Shown piece by piece: positions 56,767 through 64,000 of a stretch of DNA of 64,000 nt (position 1 is the stretch's first letter; each line of letters starts with the position of its first letter). Source of the DNA: Centroscyllium fabricii (taxonomy: Eukaryota); the NCBI GenBank assembly GCA_051313645.2, contig JBNRSN020000024.1:40920001-40984000 (forward strand), written 5' to 3'. Under the pieces are notes generated by a model. The model made no database searches. It saw only the letters and a program-made list of their open reading frames with translations, and was not told where the DNA came from. The translations under genes were made by a program, and so were the position numbers.

Positions 56767-57202
56767 GGGGGAAAAATTCGGTGGCTTGCGCCTCCAGTTA
56801 GCACCCTAAGAGGGCTGCTAATGGGGCGCAAGCCTGGGCTGACGCCTCCCGCGATATTCAGTGGGGCGCTGGCAGGAGCGGTAGCCGGTAGCGCCCCGTG
56901 GCGCTACACCGCCGGCGATGATATCATTGAAGTGCGCAGCGCCCCGCTCACGCCCTGTCCGCAAACTTCAGTCGCGCCCGCTGCTGTACTGCCTGACGCT
57001 GCCAACGACAGGGTCAGGGGGGCGTGCTTGCAGCAGGGGAGCGATAATTAAAGGGAAGGGTACCGGGCAGTAGCGCCCGACCTCCTACTTGGGGCGCTAA
57101 AACCGAATTTCCCGAGGAGCGGCACGAGTGTTAGCCGGGCGCTAAAAGTAGCGCACCGACGAGGTTAGCACCCCAAAATGGGCGCCACCGAATTTTTCTC
57201 CC
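56767..57202. mobile_element. MITE, internally deleted relative of 16673-17409, TSD TTT
   Basis: TIR GGGGGAAAAATTCGGTGGC / GCCACCGAATTTTTCTCCC. Confidence 0.85.
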
Positions 57203-57627
57203 TTTGTGTCAAAATGCTGATGGTAATCAGCATTCTCGATCAGTTCATATACGGCTGCTCATTAAAATGTCGCCTTGCTTTTCGCCATAACACTTTCACT
57301 TTTACAGGTTCCATGTAGAATATAGAACTTTGATGTAACTACACAGGGGGGATTTCAACATCCAACACCTCTCACAATCTCTGTTTCCCAATGTAACTTT
57401 TAAAGATCTTTAAAATTGGGCAATGCAGTTGTTCAGAAAATTGTCCTTTCAGCTCTGGAACATAGCTATAAAGCAAGAGCAGATTGATGAGTCTCTTCTC
57501 TCCTATTGGGTGTACAGTTCCAAAATGAGTTTTGGCACCTTTACCCCAGTTCCTAAGGGCCACAAGTCCCATCACAAAATGGTTTAGTTAGCAACGTGTC
57601 ATTAAATAGGCACTCTCACTTAGGCAC

Positions 57628-57742
57628 TGTGGTGAACCATTTAGTGTAGTTCAGGACTCATCGCGGACCAGGTCTTGTTCTTAGCGAATAAAAGCCTTTG
57701 ATTACGATCCACGAAAGACTGGCGTGATTGATTAGTGCATCA
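57628..57742 (+). mobile_element. Candidate very short (115-bp) solo LTR
   Basis: TGTGGTG...TGCATCA ends, internal AATAAA, flanks GGCAC/GGCGC. Confidence 0.5.
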
Positions 57743-58251
57743 GGCGCACCAACATCAGTGTTCTCGCTCAGGCCAACATCCCCGGCATCGAAGCTTTGAC
57801 CACGTTCGATCAGCTCAGATGGACGGGTCACATTGTCTGCATGCCCGATAGGAGACACCCAAAACAAGTGCTCGGAGCTTCGACTCGGCAAGCGAGCCCC
57901 AGTTGGGCAGAGGAAACGCTTCGAGGACACCCTCAAAGCCTCCTTGAAAAAGTGCAACATCCCCACTGACACCTGGGAATCCCTGGCCCAAGACCGCACA
58001 AAGTGGAGGAGAAGCATCCGAGAAGACGCCGAACACCTCGAGTCTCTTCGCCGGAGCAAGCGGAAGCCAAGCGCAGGCAGCACACGACAACCCAAGCACC
58101 CCACCCACCTGCCCCTTCAACCACTGTCTGCCCCACCTGTGACAGAGACTGTAGGTCCCACATTGGACGCATCAGTCACCTGAGAACTCATTTTTAATGT
58201 GGAAGCAAGCCCTCCTCAATTCTGAGGGACTGCCTAAGAAGAAGAAGAAGA
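57743..58251 (+). mobile_element. RTE LINE 3' fragment
   Basis: GQRKRFEDTLKASLKKCNI..WESLAQDR..WR; (AAG)n tail; colinear with 36820-37331. Confidence 0.9.
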
Positions 58252-58849
58252 TGACGACATGCTAGTGAAATTCTCAGGAAATGTTGGCATTCCCTCACCG
58301 ACGGGAAGATTGGCGCAAGTTTCAGTGTAACCTGCTGGTTACGCCGGTTCAGGAAATTCCGGGCCCGAGACAGTTTTTTGGGTCGGAGTTTCACCGTGCT
58401 GGTGAGCCATTCTACACTTGGCCAGTGACTGCTTGCTGTGGGATGCAAAACAAGTGATCAATGCTCCATTCCATAGCACTGATGTTCCTCACAAAGACCT
58501 TTGAATTACTAGCAACAAGTCAATACTCTCCATTGAGATCATTGATAAACATGGTCAAAAGAAAGAGCTGCCACCATTTTATGTCTCGACATTTTTTGTA
58601 AGAAGCTGGGATTTCTTCTTTTGTGAACGCAACATGTTTACTGATGGGTTTTTGGGGGGCAAATTTCAACCACTGCAGCTTCAGAAGACCACAGTGGAGG
58701 AGAAATAATTAAACTGGAGATCCTGCCCGTAATTTTAGAATGAGTGGCAGATGATCTGTGGCACAGGTTTAAGTCAAAGGTTTCACTGGCTTGTTTCCAA
58801 ATGGCCGCTGTTATCTGCAGCAAATTAACGGGGAGTCATTTGTCTTATA

Positions 58850-59410
58850 CAGGTTGAGCACCGGTAATCCGGCATGTGCGGGACCAGGCCCGTGCCAGGA
58901 AAGTGAAAAAAAACGGCAGAATGAAGTCGGTCAGTGCGCATGCGCGCACAATTCAAAATGGCCACGCGCATGCGCACCACATTGGAAATGGCCGCCGAAC
59001 GTCCTTGTGGAGTCTCCGCTGCAGTTTGTGCCTCCTGATGACGACCAGCAGGCTGCTCCGGGGAACTGCGCGCTTCACCATGACGGGCGCTCGGGAGTCG
59101 CACATTCAAAACACGCATGAGCCGCCACGCCCTGACACCACAGAAGGCCCGGCTCATCCGGCGGCCGTTTTGAATGATCTGCGCATGCGTTCGCCGTCCG
59201 GTGGCGCATGCGCAGATCCTTCAAAACATCCGGCAGCCGTTTTGAATGATCTGCGCATGCGTTCGCCGTTCGGCGGCACATGCGCAGATCATTCGCCGAA
59301 GCCGCGATCGCGGCGGCCATTTTGCGCATGCGCATGGCAGTCGGGGCAATTTATGCCGTGAAACTGAAGCTGCCGGCTTTCTGGGTAATGGATTACCGGT
59401 GCTCAACCTG
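58850..59410. mobile_element. Tc1/mariner (pogo/Tigger-like) MITE
   Basis: TA TSD; 21-bp TIR CAGGTTGAGCACCGGTAATCC; internal 72-bp hairpin repeat. Confidence 0.88.
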
Positions 59411-59579
59411 TACCAAAACCTCCAGAGACTCGGAAAACACTCAAAGGGTTGCTCAGCCTCCAGAGTTATGAGTAATGTCGCACAGTCCCATTCCGCTGTC
59501 ACCTGACTTCTGACCACTCAATCGGAGTATTCTGTTTCTATTAACAGATAGGATAGCAACAACACATTATTAGAGGCTT

Positions 59580-59851
59580 TTGTCTCTTTACTAGCCCTGT
59601 CACCTGGTCTCATTTTGAATTCCTCTCAATGTCTCTTCACTTCTCTTTTGTTCTTTCATCCCCATTTCCCAGCCCCCAAACTGGCTTTTTAATCTGTTTC
59701 ATTTCCTGTGTTTTTTCAGTCCTGACGAAGGGTTTTGACCTAAACGTTGACTCTATTTTTCTCTCCCCACCGATGCTGCCTGGCCTGCTGAGTTTTTCCA
59801 GCATTTTCTGTTGCTATTTCAGATTTCCAGCATCCGCAGTAGTTTGCTATC
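59580..59851 (+). mobile_element. Penelope family B 3' fragment with degenerate hammerhead
   Basis: AGTC-CTGACGA-AGGGTTTTGACC-TAAACGTT-GACT, then the family B terminal sequence. Confidence 0.7.
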
Positions 59852-60160
59852 GCGGCACGGTGGCATAGAGGTTAGCACTGTTGCCTCACAGCACTAGGGG
59901 CCCGGGTTCAAATCTGGCCTCGGGTGACTATCTGTGTAGAGTTTGCACATTCTCCCCGTGTCTGCGTGGGTTTCCTCCGGGTGCTTCGGTTTCCTCCCAC
60001 AGTCCAAAGATGTGCGGGTTAGGTTGATTGGCCATGATAAATTGACCCTTAGTGTCAGGGGGATTGAATATGTGGGGTTACGGGGTTAGGGTGGGATATG
60101 TGTCGGTGCAGGCTCGATGGGCCGAAATGGCCTCTATCTGCACTGTAGGGATCTATGATT
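59852..60160 (+). mobile_element. V-SINE (HE1-like)
   Basis: Reverse complement of the 47368-47676 type. Confidence 0.9.
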
Positions 60161-60720
60161 ATTAGAGATGTTGGCAGACTAGCGCTCTCAGGATATTTGG
60201 TCCCATGCACGTGTATATCAGTGACCCAAGTGCGGAAAAAGACCTTCTAGACATTGGAATGGAAGTTCTTGCTAGGCCCAACTCTAAGTTAGTAATTTTA
60301 GAACAAAACAAAACTGTCCTATCTGCTTTCTTGGAATATCAAAATTTGCCTGGCGTTCAGACATTAAGTGCACATTCACAGAACTTCACTAAGCTGAACA
60401 GGGAGGTATGAATGAGGCAGTACAAGCTGGTGCTGCCTTGTCACACTGTGCTCAAAGCAGGTGATTAGTGTCAAAACCCACACAATCTACACACCTGAAT
60501 TTAAGGAGGAAAAGTCTTTGACAACTGTCTGAAATCCAAGACTCTGACCTGAACCTGCGGACCAGATAATTGTGAATCGTGGCTGTCGGTGCAGAACCTC
60601 ACTGGACACCGCGTGGGCTGGAGAGAGGATGACACCATTGCTCTGTTCTGCGCTCCATGCCAATGTCGAGTCTCGCAGTAAATGCACATTCCTACCATTT
60701 TTGAGATCTTTTATTGAAGC

Positions 60721-61450
60721 CATGATGTGGAGGTGCCGGTGTTGGACTGGGGTGGACAATTGTAAGAAGTCACACAACACCAGGTTATAGTCCAACAGTT
60801 TTATTTGAAATCACAAGCTTTCGGAGCGCAGCTCCTTCCTCAGGTGAAGTGACGAGATTCATTTAAACATAGCATATATATCGAGGGAGAAAACAATGTG
60901 GTCTCTCCAACTGTTCCACATCACACCTCAGCAGAGAGACATCAAAGCAATCAAAGGTGTTCCAACATATCAGTCAGCCTGAGATCAAAGGGTGCAGTCA
61001 CAGGTGGCCTTCGAGACACACGACAACGCAAAATCTTCGAGCAGAGGCTGATAGCCAAGTTCCGCACCCATGAGTACGGCCTCAACCGTGATATTGGCTA
61101 CATGTGACGTAGAGTCATCCAGACTCGAATCGTCTTTGGCTTGTTCTGCGATTTCTAGTAAGAAAAATCCTTTTTTTTAAAAATCATTCTGTGGGTTTTT
61201 CACACAGACAGCAGACTGTAACATTTGACCCTTTGTGACTGCACCCTTTGATCTCAGGCTGACTGATATGTTGGAACACCTTTGATTGCTTTGATGTCTC
61301 TCTGCTGAGGTGTGATGTGGAACAGTTGGAGAGGCCACATTGTTTTCTCCCTCGATATATATGCTATGTTTAAATGAATCTCGTCACTTCACCTGATGAA
61401 GGAGCTGCGCTCCGAAAGCTTGGACTATAACCTGGTGTTGTGTGACTTCT
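60721..61450 (+). mobile_element. 5'-truncated Penelope-like element (family A) with inverted 5' duplication
   Basis: GIY-YIG C-terminus GGLRDTRQRKIFEQRLIAKFRTHEYGLNRDIGYM (61003-61107); 60764-61002 is an inverted copy of 61235-61451; TSD TTATTGAAGC. Confidence 0.88.
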
Positions 61451-61834
61451 TTATTGAAGCAGCATAGCAGCTGAAGGACACACACTTCCCCTGGATCACA
61501 GATCGCTTCATCAAACAAAGGCAAACACATAAAACATATTGTCATCTCTGTTTACACCCCTCTCCAGTCCATTACAGTATCCACCCCACCGCCGAGAAAA
61601 TGGATTTACTCTCATTTACGTCATCACACTGCCTTCCACTGCTTCCCGGCACATTAGAAAGAATAATTGAGTGCTCGCTCTCCTCTCGGCTTGTCCTTTC
61701 TTTGACATCGCTGAGCATGTAACAATCTGCCATGTTCGCATTCCCTTATAACTGACATGAACAGCCAAAGTGGATCACAATGGGAGGAGTGACTAGTCGG
61801 AGAATTGAAATGCCACCAATGTTACCAAGATATA

Positions 61835-61935
61835 AAGAAAGAACTTGCATTTATTTAGCGCTTTCACAGCTAATGAGCACTTTGCAGCCACTGCATTACC
61901 TTTGAAATGTAGCCACTGTTGTTTTGTAAGCAATG
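61835..61935 (-). mobile_element. Degenerate L2-tailed SINE 3' end
   Basis: Reverse complement resembles the tail at 7877-7960 followed by TGCAAGTTCTTTCTTT. Confidence 0.5.
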
Positions 61936-62290
61936 TGGTATGGGCACCTTTACTTGCCTTGTGAAGTAAGAGAACATTGCAGCAACAAAACAGTTTTGTT
62001 TTTCTCAGAATCTAGGCACCAGGAAGGACATAACAACCTACATAATATTTTTATTTCATTTTTTTTGATTGCTTTGTTTGTTTTTTGTTTTTCATACAGC
62101 ATGTGCAACATTTGACCCCTTGTGACCCCACCTCATTGTTCTTTGATGGAATGTTTTGCTGACTGACATGTTTGGACACCATTTACACCTTTGATTGCGG
62201 TGATTATCTCTCTGCCGAGGTGTGCTAAAGGGCAGTTAGAAAAATTACCTGTAATCATCTGCCATTGTTTTCTGACTATATATGCTGTGC

Positions 62291-62666
62291 CGAGAGACCC
62301 GGGTTCAAATCCAGCCTCGGGTACTATCTGTGTGGAGTTTGCACATTCTCCCCGTGTCTGCGTGGGTTTCCTCCGGGTGCTCCGGTTTCCTCCCACAGTC
62401 CAAAGATGTGCGGGTGAGGTTGATTGGCCAGGATAAATTGACCCTTAGTGTTAGGGGAATTGAATATGTGGGGTTACGGGGATAGGGTGGGATATGTGTC
62501 AGTGCAGGCTCAATAGGGATCAAGGGGTATGGGGACAAGGCATGCACAGGGCAGGGACAGGGTACTGAGTTTGGATGATCAGTCATGATCACATTGAATG
62601 GCGGAGCAGACTCGAAGGGCCGAATGGCCTACTCCTGCTCCTATCTTCTATGTGTCTATGTGTCTA
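62291..62666 (+). mobile_element. 5'-truncated V-SINE of the long-tail subfamily
   Basis: Same body/tail junction as 54708-55140. Confidence 0.85.
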
Positions 62667-62682
62667 TATACATCTCTTCACT

Positions 62683-62719
62683 TCACCTGATGAAGGAGCA
62701 GCGCTCCGAAAGCTTGTGA
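62683..62719 (+). ncRNA. Minimal hammerhead ribozyme motif (family A, intact core)
   Basis: TCAC-CTGATGA-AGGAGC-AGC-GCTCC-GAAA-GC-TT-GTGA, followed closely by AATAAA. Confidence 0.78.
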
Positions 62720-63107
62720 TTTCAAATAAAACTGTTGGACTATAACCTGGTGTTGTGTGACTTCTTACATACATCTGTATAGTGTTTCTCATGTACAGGG
62801 AGACGTCAAAGAGTGCTTTGCAGGGCAATGGATACTGAGCAGGAAGGAGAAAGGAAAGGGAGGCTAGGTGGGGGAAGAGAGCATGGTTGCAGAGGAAGGT
62901 CTTTTAGGAGGATTTAAAGGCAGGGGAGAAGGTAACAAGCAGAGGTACTGAGGAGGGAGCTTAAGAGGATGAAGCCATAATGGCAGAAGGAATGGTTGCT
63001 GATGGCAGAGCAGAGCGAGTGGGGAACATGAAGCAGGTTGGCAGTGGAATGGAGGATGCACACAGAGATGAATGGGTAGGAACCGAAGCGCCTCCCCTCC
63101 TGGCTTC

Positions 63108-63246
63108 TCCAGTTCTGAAGAAAGGTCTTTGACCTGAAACATTAACTCTGTTTCTCTCTCCACCGATGCTGCCTGGCCTGCTGAGTTTTTCCAGCATTTT
63201 CTGTTGTTATTTCGGATTTCCAGCATCCGCAGTATTTTGCTATCGT
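63108..63246 (+). mobile_element. Penelope family B terminal fragment with hammerhead motif
   Basis: AGTT-CTGAAGA-AAGGTC-TTT-GACCT-GAAACATT-AACT. Confidence 0.78.
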
Positions 63247-63269
63247 ATTAGTAACCAAAGTGCATTGTC

Positions 63270-63720
63270 TTGTCCTTGTACAAGATCCTGGTTAGGTTAC
63301 ATTGGGAATACTGCGTCTAGTTTTGGTCCCCTCACATGGTGGGGGAAAGTCCAAAAGGAAGGGCTGTGAGGATAAAAGACCTTAGTTAATCAGAAAAGCT
63401 TAAAAATCTGAGTGCATTCCCTTTAGAAATGTGTCGACTCTGGGGTGAGTGGATTGAGGTATACAAAATTGTTGAAGGGCTGGATTGCGCTCCTCTTGAG
63501 AAGCTATTTGAATTAGACAGACTGAGGAAGACCAGGAGTCATGCGTATAAGCTATTAAAGGGTAAGGCTAGGTTGGAAGTTAGTTCTTTTCCCAGAGGAT
63601 AGCATACCTAGGGAACAAGTGTTACTGGCTCAGGTGGTGACTGCAGACCTTCTGCATGCCTTCAAGAGGGCGCTGGACCACTTCCTGATTGGGAAGATTA
63701 TGTCTTATAATAGGGTAGGT
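63270..63720 (+). mobile_element. Highly degenerate CR1 3' fragment
   Basis: Remnants of EYCVQFWSPH, GD.IEVYKI, TRGH.YKL and FFSQR motifs across frames. Confidence 0.6.
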
Positions 63721-64000
63721 AAAATACCAGGTGTCATATGCATGGTCTATATGCTCCTCTGGACTAGTTTTAATCACCTAGTTGGTGCGGGGGGGGGGGG
63801 GGGAAGAACAGAGAGGCATTACCCAGATATTGTTCCGATTGGCCTTATTTTTATTGTTTTTTTTGCCTCTCCCATTACACGACTGATATTGGGCAGGTGG
63901 ATGTGCGTGCTGGTCGGTATGGGTTCCTAATTCTGATTCTCCAGGTGTCGCAGTTGTACGGGGGAAAGCTTGATAGACCAGCTGGTCTGTTCCTGCTCAT

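Larger units (their letters stand above)
62030..62767 (+). mobile_element. Penelope family A-related 3' UTR/terminal repeat interrupted by a V-SINE
   Basis: Colinear with 61210-61450 (ACATTTGACCC.TTGTGAC, GCTGACTGA, CTCTCTGC.GAGGTGTG, TATATATGCT) and ends in the family A terminus. Confidence 0.75.

Noticed and set aside
59852-59925. tRNA gene
   Set aside because: A/B-box head of a V-SINE with no complete cloverleaf; continues into the SINE body.

Overview
This is not prokaryotic DNA. It is a repeat-dominated vertebrate genomic segment, almost certainly from a cartilaginous fish (shark/ray), judged from HE1/V-SINE-type SINEs, a Deu-domain SINE and abundant CR1, L2, RTE and Penelope-like elements. 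No host protein-coding exon, tRNA, rRNA or CRISPR array could be recognised. The first 18 kb is a 35-bp GT-rich satellite broken up by at least eight separate TE insertions (three Gypsy elements, a solo LTR, three MITEs, a SINE). The rest is a nested mosaic of LINEs, SINEs and MITEs. It includes one apparently intact young Gypsy element (32182-36702: 1327-aa gag-pol, LTRs differing at 1 of 218 nt, perfect 5-bp TSD) inside a decayed RTE LINE. Main observations: (1) this element and a diverged relative (1270-8228) both have a YLDN RT motif and no tRNA primer-binding site; instead the PBS position is complementary to the poly(A)-signal region of their own LTR, with a compensatory base change, suggesting tRNA-independent self-priming and/or 5'-LTR poly(A) occlusion; (2) two Penelope-like families carry minimal hammerhead ribozyme motifs, one often as inverted head-to-head insertions; (3) a bipartite RTE derivative, SINE tail swapping, and a set of MITEs with W-N-T 3-bp TSDs. 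All calls come from reading the sequence by eye; no database searches were run and some boundaries are approximate.
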